Origin: Pseudobdellovibrionaceae bacterium
GTDB lineage: Bacteria; Bdellovibrionota; Bdellovibrionia; Bdellovibrionales; UBA1609
Length of the DNA: 64,000 nt
Reading direction: 5' to 3'
Assembly: GCA_020635055.1 (NCBI GenBank)
Contig: JACKAN010000012.1
Location: 38,672-102,671 of the forward strand
The notes beneath the pieces were generated by a model. That model ran no database searches. It worked only from the letters and a program-made list of their open reading frames with translations, and had not been told where the DNA came from. The stretch's first letter is position 1, and each line of letters begins with the position of its first letter. Position numbers and translations under genes: made by a program. Shown piece after piece: positions 26,583 to 37,300 of the stretch.

Positions 26583-27454
26583 ATCAGTTATCCTAGCCTA
26601 ATACTTTGTCATGCAACCGAGATATTTAAATTTACATCCGAGAACCATAAAAAACTAAAGCGCATGGAAGCAGAAGCCAATATTGACGGTGCTTATAGGG
26701 TTTCTAGTCGTATAAGAGCCGTACTCTTAAGTAACGAAAAAAATAGTAGTGGTGAAATATCCTTGTTGCTCGGCGCTGCTAGGTCAAGAGTCTCTAATTG
26801 GCTTAAAACTTATGAAGAGCAAGGAGTTGAAGGTTTGATGGAGGGTGAACGCTCTGGGAGACCTTCCCTTCTAACTGATCTAGAAAAAGTTTTAATTTGC
26901 GACATTGTTGATAGTGGCCCCGTCGCATATGGATTTCTAAGTGGTGTTTGGACATCAAAATTAATTGCTGAAGTTATCAATGATGAGTTTGGGGTAAACT
27001 ATCATCCCGGACATGTTTGGAAAATCTTGCAGGAGTTTGGATTTTCAGTGCAAAGTCCAAAGCGGCTCTTGGCCAATGCTGACAGTGAAAAGAAAGAATA
27101 TTGGATTAAAAAGACGTACCCTGCCATTAAAAAAAAGCCAAAAAAAATAGAAGACGAATAATCTTTGGAGACGAAGCTAACTTTCGTCAGGATTCAACAC
27201 TTCATCGGACCTGGTCGAGAAAGGGATGTCAGCCACTTGTTCCCGTGACTGGTCAACGGAAATCTGTCAAAATCTTTGGCTGTGTTGATGTTACATCTTC
27301 AAAATTCATATATAGTGCCGATGAAGTCTTCAATGTGCCCTCCTACCTGAATTTCCTGGAATATGTGGGAACAGAAATGTTTGAAAAAAACAAGAAAGTC
27401 TACTTGCATAAAACGAATGGAAAGCTATTTATAAAAAATAGCCATGTTAAATAA
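26583..27454 (+). pseudogene. IS630-family transposase, frameshifted and internally deleted
   Basis: The HTH region reads ...SGEISLLLGAARSRVSNWLKTYEEQGVEGL...RSGRP...WTSKLIAEVINDEFGVNYHPGHVWKILQEFGFSVQSPKR. After a frame change it reads IIFGDEANFRQDS...TWSRKG...VKIFGCVD...NFLEYV...KKVYL and then breaks off before the DDE C-terminus. Confidence 0.7.
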
Positions 27455-27502
27455 TAAATAATCTAAAGAAATAGCTAACTTTTTTTAATGACAAGATTTT
27501 TT

Positions 27503-27550
27503 GATACTTAGATACTTAGATACTTAGATACTTAGATACTTAGATACTTC
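27503..27550. repeat. 8-bp tandem repeat (GATACTTA) x6
   Basis: Five perfect units are followed by GATACTTC. The tract has stop codons in every frame and lies inside the IS630-like relic. Confidence 0.95.
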
Positions 27551-28154
27551 AAGTTTATAAATTATAAATTATTAATAAGAAGAGCTGAGTTTGTACTCAT
27601 CAGCTACGAAAAATTCGCCTTTATGATTCGCTCATTCTTACTCCAGGTTTTTTAGGTAATCCACTAAAAAAATTGGATATCTGAAAGACAAAGAAGGACA
27701 TTGGGTAACAACAGAGATATAGGTACTTAACCGAGTAACATTTTCTAAAAAGCTGCTTATCATAAATCTAACAGTGAATCTTTCTGAAATTGTAATCTCT
27801 CAATACGCAACGCAACTCCGGTGCTATTTCATTATCATTTATATTGGTTTTGGTTTTGGTTTTTAGTTATCTTCATGTTTTCAATAAATTTTATTGTTTT
27901 ACAATTTATTGTAATAAGTAATAAATTTACAAGTTCAGTTATTACTAGGTTCTTATCGGAAATTTAAACGGGAAATTTTTTTGTGTTTGCGCGTGTCTCA
28001 ATATGAGATATCTGTTGATGGTTTGTTCGCTTGTAAAATTGCTAAACTGTTGAAATGATTAAATTGGTACATATTGATACGATTCTTGACTAAAGTTTGT
28101 AATGTTCCATCCCGATACGTAATAATAGAAAGAAACGGGAATATGGAGAAACAA

Positions 28155-30008
28155 ATGACTATGAAAAATGTAAATAGGTATTTATCCAATGTTTTGCAAA
28201 CATATTTTCCAATAATTATTTTTATCTTTATGAGTTCAGTAATCTTTAATCATAGAATGGCTCAAGCTACTACATTGCAGTGTGCTGGTAAAATTTTACC
28301 AGCACCCTCTAATGAGTTGCAAAGTGCAGGAAATGAATTGATTGAAAAATGTAAGTCATCACAAAGAAAGTGTGAGGAGATAACAGCTGCGGGCGGTGGA
28401 GCTACTGCGGCTAAAGGTGTGAATGCAACTGAAGCCACAAAAGACGCAGATGCAGGAAAAAAAGCAGCTGGTACTCAAGCAAATCTTGCTGGATACACTG
28501 CAATGGTTGCCGCAGAAGCAAAAAAAGCTTGTGATTTACAAAGAGCAAAGGTTCTTAGTTATATTGGTAGTGATTATAAACTCGCAAGTAAAAATCTATT
28601 CGAAAGTATTAATACAGCAGCAGCACAGAAAGATGAAGCCGCCAACGCTGAAACGTGTAATGAACAGGCGCTTCGTTTTGATAAAGAGGTTAAGAGCGAG
28701 CTGAATCCTTGTTTAGCGATTATAAATAAAATTGCTATAGAAAACGGAATGACAAGCAATGCAGCTATGCAAGCCGCTCAGGAATCTTCTGGCATAGCCG
28801 ACATGCTAAGTAGTGATACTGGGAAAATGTTGGGTGCTGGGGCTTTGGGTGCAGCTTTGGGTGCTGGAGCCATGCATTTTCTCAATAAAGATAAGGATAA
28901 GGACGACGATGATGATGACAATAGTAACTTTACGGTAAATGAAAATGCTGATGGTGGATATTGTGTTAAGTATGGTAAAGATCAAGAAAAGTGTTATGAC
29001 AACACTCAATTATCACAAATGTGTTTTACATCTAGCGAGACCAAGCAGGCCAGTTACCCATATCCTAATGTAATGCAGAATGCTCAAACTGATAAAATAA
29101 AAGAGGCCTTATGTACCTCCTTTAAAGCCGACACTCGTGATGGTGGTGGTGGCGATACTAAAACATGCTTCACTAATAAAGCTGAATATTTTAAAGAGCA
29201 AGCCTGCCAAAGTCGGATGCTGACTCAATGTCAGAATACTGACTTTGGTGATTGTGCAAAATTTAACGACCACTATTGCTATAACGACGACCAAGGTGAA
29301 GGCAAAGGCACGAACTATTGTGTTTACAGAGAGGCCAAAAGTTTTTGTGAAGGTGGGGGAAGTCCGTCATCACCCAGTTGTACTTGGATTAAGCAAATGG
29401 CCGATTTAGGTACGAATGGTGACTCCAGTTGTATGGCTAATATAAATCAAGCTACTTGTTTTCCCAACGCCTATGGTTCCGGTGAACATATGGGAACGGC
29501 ATGTACAAATTTAGGTATCGCGGATAAAGATCCTCTATGTAAAAATTTAAATAATCCTAAAACCTATTTTTCTTGGCGCAACCCAGGCTCTCCAGGATCA
29601 GAAAGTGTGGCATCTCTTGGTAGTGGGGGCCTAACACCACTTAATACAACTAAAGTGGTTCCGGCAAATGCATGTATAAAGCCTGATATGGATTGTACAT
29701 TGCCTAAAAATCGTAGTGCGGCATCTTGTGTTGATTACTATTGCTGTAACTCAAAAAATGCTGCCGCTCCAATTTGTCAAAGTTTAACTATTGCCACAGC
29801 TCCATCATTAACAAATTCTTCAAAAAAGCTGGGCAGTAACATGGCTAATTCAAATTATCGCTATCCAGCCGGAAGCTTACCTGCGGATGTTCAAACATAT
29901 AGAACAGAATCTATTTTTACTTCCTCAGGAAACTCAGCCGTAAAGCAATTGTGTGCCAAAGGCGAACTCTACGATTGTGGAAGTTTAAGTGGCTATATTC
30001 CTAAGTAA
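28155..30008 (+). CDS. Large Cys-rich orphan protein (signal/anchor, Ala-rich helical region, Gly/Ala hydrophobic segment, poly-Asp, Cys-rich C-terminal half)
   Basis: ATG 28155 follows the GGAGA RBS. The N-terminal hydrophobic segment is YFPIIIFIFMSSVIF, with MLGAGALGAALGAGAM and DKDKDKDDDDDDN further on. More than 35 Cys residues lie in the C-terminal 350 aa or so. I recognise no family. Confidence 0.65.
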   Translation: MTMKNVNRYLSNVLQTYFPIIIFIFMSSVIFNHRMAQATTLQCAGKILPAPSNELQSAGNELIEKCKSSQRKCEEITAAGGGATAAKGVNATEATKDADAGKKAAGTQANLAGYTAMVAAEAKKACDLQRAKVLSYIGSDYKLASKNLFESINTAAAQKDEAANAETCNEQALRFDKEVKSELNPCLAIINKIAIENGMTSNAAMQAAQESSGIADMLSSDTGKMLGAGALGAALGAGAMHFLNKDKDKDDDDDDNSNFTVNENADGGYCVKYGKDQEKCYDNTQLSQMCFTSSETKQASYPYPNVMQNAQTDKIKEALCTSFKADTRDGGGGDTKTCFTNKAEYFKEQACQSRMLTQCQNTDFGDCAKFNDHYCYNDDQGEGKGTNYCVYREAKSFCEGGGSPSSPSCTWIKQMADLGTNGDSSCMANINQATCFPNAYGSGEHMGTACTNLGIADKDPLCKNLNNPKTYFSWRNPGSPGSESVASLGSGGLTPLNTTKVVPANACIKPDMDCTLPKNRSAASCVDYYCCNSKNAAAPICQSLTIATAPSLTNSSKKLGSNMANSNYRYPAGSLPADVQTYRTESIFTSSGNSAVKQLCAKGELYDCGSLSGYIPK

Positions 30009-30025
30009 TTGGTTATTTAATTAAA

Positions 30026-30214
30026 TTATTTTCTTTGAGCACATATTAATGTTGAATTATCTGATTGTGCCAATACTTGTTTTGTCTTGCTGGATTCATT
30101 TTCCTGCTGTTGTGAAACCATGGCAAGAGCGATAAAACCAATAACTAATAAAATAAAGTGTATTCTTTCGGATTGTGAATTCTGAATTTCTTTCTCTGTC
30201 GTAGTTTCTACCAT
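30026..30214 (-). CDS. Possible small membrane protein (62 aa)
   Basis: It has a single TM helix, IHFILLVIGFIALAMV, and a weak RBS (AGGGTG). It could be spurious. Confidence 0.25.
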   Translation of the reverse strand: MVETTTEKEIQNSQSERIHFILLVIGFIALAMVSQQQENESSKTKQVLAQSDNSTLICAQRK

Positions 30215-30444
30215 AACAACACCCTTTTTTGGTTTAATGTGGAACTAAATGTTTCCACAAAATTTAGCTAAATAAACATAAGCAAGGTCTAAGCCAGAAT
30301 TGCGATTTTTTAAAAAGGTCTTACTTTACATATGAAAGACTCATAAATGTCACTTCATGAAAATTCTACTTGATTATTTTTTATGGTGCGACGGTTTCTG
30401 TCACTAGTTTTGTAATTTAGTAATTCTTTGTGATTTTAGTAAAG

Positions 30445-31395
30445 TTAGTTTATTCCCTCTTTGGGAGCAGTAATTAAATCTGTTGTAGATAGGTAGGGAA
30501 GCACTTGGGTAATTTGTGTAACGTCTTCTCCTTGGCAACCCTTGTCTTCGCAAACATTAGATACGCGACAGCCATTTTTAACTAGAAAATCTGTTGCACC
30601 TCTAACTAATATGCCTTCTACTTTGCCATCTAATGTATTGAACACTGCAGAGCCTGAATTGCCCCCATAGGTATCAAGATTGGTTGTAAAGTAACCTTTT
30701 TGTATTGAGCGAACATTGGCTCCACCAGCAATTTTTGTTGGAATCCCAGCAGGATGGCCTATAACCGTGAGAGGTTCACCAACTGTTATTTGACTTTTTT
30801 CTCGCAATTTAAGTGGGGCATACTGAGTCACTTCTCTATCCAATTGGACTACGGCGAAGTCGGCACCTTTGCCTTCAATTTCACTATGAATTAGTTTTTT
30901 ACAAGAATAGATATCTTCAGAATTTACAACTTGTGGGGAGTCATTGGGCGACCTCATTGCAAAGCCAAATACAAATTTAGTTTTTGTACAATTGCTTTCA
31001 GAATTAATACAATGTCCTGCTGTGACTAGAAGATCTTTACCAACTAAAAAGCCCGAGCAAAAAGCTCCAGTGGGTTGTTCTCTGAAAGGCTCTGAGGGGC
31101 ATAAACTATAGACGTCCCCAAATTTTCTTGATTTAATTTCAACAAAGCCTCCACCTTTATCGCTTAAGTTTTGAGCATCCACTAAAGCGACAGTGGATTG
31201 GGCTGAGGCTAATAACTTAGGATCATTAACTTCATAAAGATCAAGGCGATCGTCGGCTCCATAAATCACTTTTGGCGTGGCGAATTTATTTTTTTCATTT
31301 TCTTTAGATTCTGATTTGCTGATTGTATGAACTTGACTACAAGAAGCTAGCCACACAAACATAAGGGTTGTTAGAAAACGTAGGAAATGAGTCAT
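30445..31395 (-). CDS. Trypsin-like (S1 family, V8/Glu-endopeptidase-like) serine protease lipoprotein
   Basis: The lipobox is WLASC, with the catalytic His in LVTAGHC and the catalytic Ser in GGNSGSAVF. Confidence 0.8.
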   Translation of the reverse strand: MTHFLRFLTTLMFVWLASCSQVHTISKSESKENEKNKFATPKVIYGADDRLDLYEVNDPKLLASAQSTVALVDAQNLSDKGGGFVEIKSRKFGDVYSLCPSEPFREQPTGAFCSGFLVGKDLLVTAGHCINSESNCTKTKFVFGFAMRSPNDSPQVVNSEDIYSCKKLIHSEIEGKGADFAVVQLDREVTQYAPLKLREKSQITVGEPLTVIGHPAGIPTKIAGGANVRSIQKGYFTTNLDTYGGNSGSAVFNTLDGKVEGILVRGATDFLVKNGCRVSNVCEDKGCQGEDVTQITQVLPYLSTTDLITAPKEGIN

Positions 31396-31492
31396 TGCTA
31401 CTCCTTGATGTGCATTTAGGTCTTGTTCGGAATTTTGACGGGACGGACTTTAGGTCTTGCCTAAAAAACGATAAAAATCTAGACGGGAGTAG

Positions 31493-31549
31493 AGGTACCA
31501 AGTCCCTTTTTACGTTGCGGTGAAACGTAAAAAGGGACTTGGTACCTTT
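31493..31549. repeat. Palindromic hairpin element, copy 3, overlapping the stop codon of the Omp85 gene
   Basis: AGGTACCAAGTCCCTTTTTACGT-TGCGGTGAA-ACGTAAAAAGGGACTTGGTACCTTT. The TAA stop on the minus strand (31548-31550) lies in the right arm. Confidence 0.9.
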
Positions 31550-34382
31550 AGAAAGAGCCGATACTGAAGTGGATTCGGTCTAGGCGCTCGCCTTTGTGTG
31601 GGGCAATTTTTTTGGCAAGTTCGAGTACGATAGGGCCCAGCGGAGTTCGAAGATGAATGCCTATGCCAACACTTTGACGTATGGGATCTGTAGACATACA
31701 TGTTTTTAATTCATTATCATAAAAAGTACATTGTTTATCAGAATCAGAAAATTGAATGGCACCTATATCATAGAATAAAGCAAGAGCCATGGGCTCTAAA
31801 GATTTAATTGGAATGCGTAACTCAGTTTTAAATAAATAGTAGTTACTGTCTCCAGTTACTCTTGTGCCTGTTAGATCACGATATTGACTATCATTGGGGA
31901 TATGCTCTTCTCGACTCGATCCACCATAGCCTCGTATTTTCGACTGTCCATGCAAAAAGAAACTTCTAGAGCTCGGTACTCCGCTTGTAATATCATTATC
32001 TAGGTTTTTCAAATATCCACCAGATACATTGTTTGCCCAAACTATATCAGTTTCACTAATAGGAATGTAAAAACTGTATTTTAAATCTGTACGAAAATAA
32101 TCAACACCTTCAGAACTGCCTAAAATAGGATTTGAAAATTCAGTTTCCCAACGGGTGTAGTGCCCATTTGTAGGCAAAAATGGGTTGTTGCGATAATCCC
32201 ATTCAAATAAAGGGCCCAGAGCAGCGATATGGCTTTCAGTACTATTACCTGATGCAGGTTTTTCAAAGTTTCTTTCTGTTTCAATGGACCAAGCCGTCCA
32301 AGTTAATTTCAAATTTTTAGAAAATTCCCTTTCTAACAAAAAGTCCATACGGTTACTTTCTCTCATTTGTGCAGTATCTGATTCTTTCTTGTAGTCTCTT
32401 TCCTCTAATTCATAGGAAAGATTCACTCGACCGCGTGTTCTACTTTGAAATAAATAAGGTTCAAAGTATCCCATTGTGGCTCGACCTTGTAAGTTTTTAC
32501 TTTTTGTTACGTTAGATTTTAGTTCAACTCGGCCAGATATACCACGGCCAGTTCCATAGAGATTGTTGTAGGACGAACCTATAAAGCCTCGCAATGTAAG
32601 ATCTTCTTCACTGGTAACTCCGATGCCTGATCTAAAAAGTCCAGGTTTCCTTTCTGATACAGAAATTATAACAGTTCGATAGGCTAAAGAGGTACCTTCT
32701 TCTAGAGTTCTTAAAGTCACTCGAGAAAAGAATCCCAGGCGAGTTAAACGCCGTATAACTTCTTCGATCCTTTTATTTGTTAAAATTTCTCCTGGCTTAA
32801 GTTCAATTTCTTTTAAAATAACTTCCTCTTGAGTGAAATCATTACCTTCTATTGAAATGCTATTAATAATAATCTTAGGACCTTCATAAATTTTAAAGTC
32901 AATCGAGGCTTCTGTTCCAGAAGTGTTGTAAGTAATTAACTTGTCGTTTTCATTTAGAATTTTCATTTCTAAATAACCACGGGTTTTGTAAAAGTTCTTT
33001 AATTTATTAATACTCTCTTCAACTAGTTTAAGTCTTAATGGAGAATCAGTCTTTAGATCAATAATTTTACTTAAGGTAAGGGGGCTGAAGTCTTTTACAC
33101 CATCAAAGCGAAGGCGTAATATTTGTGTGAGAGGGCCCTCATCAATAACTATTTGAATTTTAACTCTGTCTTTTTTGTTATTGTACTCAATGCGTGAGGA
33201 CTGAATTTTTGCACTTAAAAACCCTTGATTTTTTAAGTGTGTTATTAAATTGTCATAGCCTAACTCCAAATCTTTACGGATATAATACTTACTCCTAAAA
33301 GTATCAGAACTGTTATCAAAGATAAAATCTACATAGTAGTTTTCTGGCCGGGAAATACGACCCACCACGTTGAGTGAATCAATTCTAACCCTTGGACCCT
33401 CATCAACAAAAACCAGAATTTGTTTAAAAAATTTATCTGATTTTTCTAGTAATCGTGTATTCACTTGAACATTTGCAAAACCCTTTTTTAAATAGAGTTG
33501 TCTAACTTTTTGTTCTACTTCTATAGCCGGATCCAATGAAGACACTTCAAAATTCTTGAGAGCAATGCCATGTCGAAGTTCAAGCTCATTAAGACCTTTA
33601 TTGTCACTTTGTTTTTTAATTTGTTTAATTACAATTTCATAGCGAAATGGATTAAGTATTTCATAGAACAAAGTGGCTTGAGTTTTAGTTTCATTATAAT
33701 CCACTTTGATTTGACTGAGCTTAGACCTTAAGTAGCCTTTGTCTTTAAAATAATTCCTCGTTGTGTTTTCAATTTCACTAATGGTCTCAGAAGTAAAATT
33801 TTTATTTTTGAACTTATTTAATTTACGAACAATCACACTTGAAAGCTGTTGGTTTTCAGACTTTATTTCAAACTTAACAAGCAGACAGGGATTGCCCTCA
33901 TCGATATTAAAAATAATATCCATATGGCTTTGATCTTCGTTTAGAAATGAGACCTCAATTTTTGTATTAAAAAAACCTTGGTTACCATAAAACTCTTTCA
34001 AGTTATTTGCGGCTTGAACAGTTTTTTTTCTGTCGAATTTAAAGCCACTATTTAAATTAATTATTTCATAGAGTTGATCTTTAGAAAAATATTTATTTCC
34101 AACAATTTGAATATCTCGCACCTTTCTTAACGGAAAGCCAATCACATGATAATTGCCATTATCAGCATAGATTGCAACATTCTGAAATTGTTGTGTTTGA
34201 ATTAATTTTTCGATTATTTGATCGGCAATTTTAGGATCGGGAGAAGTGTTAAATAATTCTGGGTTTTGTTTTTTAATGGAGTCAATAGTCTTAACTGATA
34301 TATTTTCAAAAGTGTACTTGGCCCACAACTCTTGAGAGTTAAAAATTATTAAACTAAAAATAAAAACTACAATTAACTTCAT
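31548..34382 (-). CDS. Omp85-family outer membrane protein assembly factor (BamA/TamA-like) with an extended POTRA region, 944 aa
   Basis: It has a signal peptide, repeated POTRA-like modules (I.GN..fs...l......G..f) and a C-terminal beta-barrel ending in ...HFSIGSF. It lies directly downstream of tamB. Confidence 0.85.
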   Translation of the reverse strand: MKLIVVFIFSLIIFNSQELWAKYTFENISVKTIDSIKKQNPELFNTSPDPKIADQIIEKLIQTQQFQNVAIYADNGNYHVIGFPLRKVRDIQIVGNKYFSKDQLYEIINLNSGFKFDRKKTVQAANNLKEFYGNQGFFNTKIEVSFLNEDQSHMDIIFNIDEGNPCLLVKFEIKSENQQLSSVIVRKLNKFKNKNFTSETISEIENTTRNYFKDKGYLRSKLSQIKVDYNETKTQATLFYEILNPFRYEIVIKQIKKQSDNKGLNELELRHGIALKNFEVSSLDPAIEVEQKVRQLYLKKGFANVQVNTRLLEKSDKFFKQILVFVDEGPRVRIDSLNVVGRISRPENYYVDFIFDNSSDTFRSKYYIRKDLELGYDNLITHLKNQGFLSAKIQSSRIEYNNKKDRVKIQIVIDEGPLTQILRLRFDGVKDFSPLTLSKIIDLKTDSPLRLKLVEESINKLKNFYKTRGYLEMKILNENDKLITYNTSGTEASIDFKIYEGPKIIINSISIEGNDFTQEEVILKEIELKPGEILTNKRIEEVIRRLTRLGFFSRVTLRTLEEGTSLAYRTVIISVSERKPGLFRSGIGVTSEEDLTLRGFIGSSYNNLYGTGRGISGRVELKSNVTKSKNLQGRATMGYFEPYLFQSRTRGRVNLSYELEERDYKKESDTAQMRESNRMDFLLEREFSKNLKLTWTAWSIETERNFEKPASGNSTESHIAALGPLFEWDYRNNPFLPTNGHYTRWETEFSNPILGSSEGVDYFRTDLKYSFYIPISETDIVWANNVSGGYLKNLDNDITSGVPSSRSFFLHGQSKIRGYGGSSREEHIPNDSQYRDLTGTRVTGDSNYYLFKTELRIPIKSLEPMALALFYDIGAIQFSDSDKQCTFYDNELKTCMSTDPIRQSVGIGIHLRTPLGPIVLELAKKIAPHKGERLDRIHFSIGSF

Positions 34383-34389
34383 AATAAAT

Positions 34390-37300
34390 TTACTTAAATT
34401 GGAACTTATATTCTAAGTCCAATCCTACCTTTTCTTGTGTTTCAATAGAACTATCGCCATCGGTGGTGGTTCCGGCCTCTTGTTTTTGCACCTGACCCAC
34501 AACAGAGAATTTTTCATTAAACTTATATTCAAATTTCATTTCATTGGAGGGTGACTTACCTTGTGTTCGACTCAATGACATACCAAATTTTGGAGTGAAC
34601 TGTCTGCTCACGGAAAATTTTGGGGCTGCAGTGTTTTCATCATCAATGACTGAAGAAATATCCAAGTTTAAACCAATAGTACTTTCCACAGCTTTTGTTA
34701 TTCCCAATTGCTGTTTAACAAATTGTGCGCCAACTTCCACACCAGATTGCAAAGCTTGTTGATCTGAATCTACACTTTGATAATTGGAGGAAGTAATCCC
34801 AAAAGCAAGCAGTGAAACAATATCGTTTTCAGTTAAGGGAGGATTGCTAATTAAACTTATCTCAGGATTTTTAGCATTTCCCTGTACATCCAAAGTCACT
34901 TCGTACTCCTCTCCTGTCGCTTCAATTTCACTACTTTGTGATTTAGATTTAATATTTGCTTTTGCTGTGACTTGAAGGTCAGGTTCGGTAGGTGCTTGAT
35001 TTTTATATTCTATAGACGCACTTGATAAATCAAACTCATTGGATCTAAAAATCATTGTGCCACCTGGCAAGGAGCGAATTAAGCCATCCAGTTGAGGTCG
35101 AAGGGGAGATCCTTTGATATTCATTTTCCCAGAAATTTTAGTGTTGATTTTAGCTTCTGGCACTAAAGCTAAGACATTTACAGGCTTGTCTAATCTTACA
35201 GAAAGATTGAGTAGGAGAGGGTCGGTGCTTTCTTTGATTAAAAATTTAGGTAAAAAATCACTAGGCTGTATGCGTTGTTTATCTGTGGCTTCGCCAGCCA
35301 AATTGAGCTGTACATCTCCACTCTCAACTTCATACGTTCCCCCTAAAGTATAGGGTATAAAATCACCCTTTATAAAAAGATTAGCGACTCCTTTGGTTAA
35401 AAATCCTTGAGGGATATTTAAGTTAGCATTTTTTAAATAAGCTTTTATATCTATAGGTATTTTATTAAGTGCCAAAAATTTAATGCGCCCGTCGGCAGTT
35501 AGCTGACCACCAGCAAAATCACTTTTTAGTGAGTTTATAACGAGAGTTCTTTGGTTAAACAATAGGTCTCCAGTGAGTTTTTCAAAGGCATGGGGAAGTC
35601 CCTTTAATTTAATATAAGCTTCTTGAATGTAAGAAGAACCCAAAATATCAGGGTTCTCGGCCGGGCCTTTTATATTTAAAACTATGGAACTCACACCTCT
35701 TAATTCATCAAGAAATGGTGTGACTAATGTTAATAATTCTAAATTAAACTTTCCATTAACGGAAAGATCAACATAGTCTCGACTGGAATGGCTTGATTTA
35801 AGCTCTACAAAACTACTTGGACCATCCAAACGAAAATCATGAGAATCCATGACACCTTTATTGAATGTTAACTCCATAGGATCATTATTGTTTAAATAAC
35901 TTTCGCCATTACTTAATTTTAAACTTGGAATTTTAATATAACCGGTTGAATTCCAAAGCCCATTTTTGGGAGACTCTAATAAAATTTCTGAGGTAAGTTG
36001 GGTGATATATTCCTTCTGAATGTCCGAGCCGGAAAACATTGTAAACAAATGAGTGAAGTTCCACTTTTCTGATTTTAAGTACAATTTAAAAGGAACTTTT
36101 TCATTGTAGGGTATTTTAAATTCTGTTTGTAATACATTGCCAATAAACTTGGCTTTCCCTTCTAAACTGTCATTATTGAACCTTAGCCAGAAGGAGGAAT
36201 CTGATTCAGGTCTGTCAGCGATTAACATTTTACTCAACCGACCATGTAACTCCGTATTTGGACTAAGAATGGGGCCGCGCATAGCCATAGTAAAATCTAG
36301 CTGTCCGCCAAGGTTTAAACCTAAATCCTTAAGGTACTCAGATTGCTCTAACCTTAAGCGCTCTCCAAGGATGACAGCATCTAAATCACCCTTTGGATTC
36401 GTTTTACCTTTAAAGAAAATTCGACTATCGGCCTTATATATAACAATATTTTTAGACTCAACAAAACCATTTTTACTTTCAATATTGAAAGTAAGCTTAT
36501 CAAAATTTTCTTTAGCAATTGAACCTCTAAAAAGTGTGGAATCTAAACTATAACTTAAATAATTAAACTGTAAGGGACCTTTTGCCGTTAAATTTGCAGC
36601 GCCCGTGCCTTTAATGTTAATGGGAAGTTTGACTTTTCTTTGGAATAGATAAGTTAAGTCTTCTGCATCCAAAAAAGATGAAGTGGCATCTACTCGAATA
36701 AGTTTTGAAAGAAGATTAATATTCAAGTCCCCTTTAATCCGTGTGTTGCCTTGAAGGCTTTGAACATTTCGAAAACTTAAAGTTCCTTTTTTATAGCCCA
36801 AATCAAATTTTGGATTGCCTAAACCGAAATCATCCAGCCACATATTTTTACCATCAAGATTTAACTGAATTCTTCCCCACTTACTAGTTCCCCATGTTTT
36901 ACCAGTGATTTTAGACGAGCCTTCAATATTTAAATTCGCAATATTTGGGATGTCTTTTTTAAGATCTTTAATTTGTCCATGATATTTAATATCAAAGCCT
37001 TTGTTATAATCTATAACACCAGAGGAGCTACCTTGTGACTTATTAATTTTGATATTTGTATTGTATTTTACACTCTTACTGTTAACTACGAAGCTACCTA
37101 AAAGTTGAGTTTTACCAAAACTAACAATGTTAAATGATTTTTTTATATCATCCCACACATTCACACTCTCTAAATTGACTATGCCTTTGCACGTGACTAA
37201 GAAATCGGGTTCCATTCTGCCATAACAAGGTAGATCTCCACTCAAGGGAAGTTCAATGGGGACACCATCTATATGAAGAGCATCCAGTAACTTATGGATT

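Larger units (their letters stand above)
26326..27826 (+). mobile_element. Decayed IS630-family element flanked by TA dinucleotides
   Basis: The left end is TA-GCGCCGGAGTTGCAATGCAGTATG (26326-26350). The right end is CAATACGCAACGCAACTCCGGTGC-TA (27801-27826), whose rc is GCACCGGAGTTGCGTTGCGTATTG. An internal partial repeat GGCCGGAGTTGA lies at 26421. The element contains transposase fragments. Confidence 0.7.
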
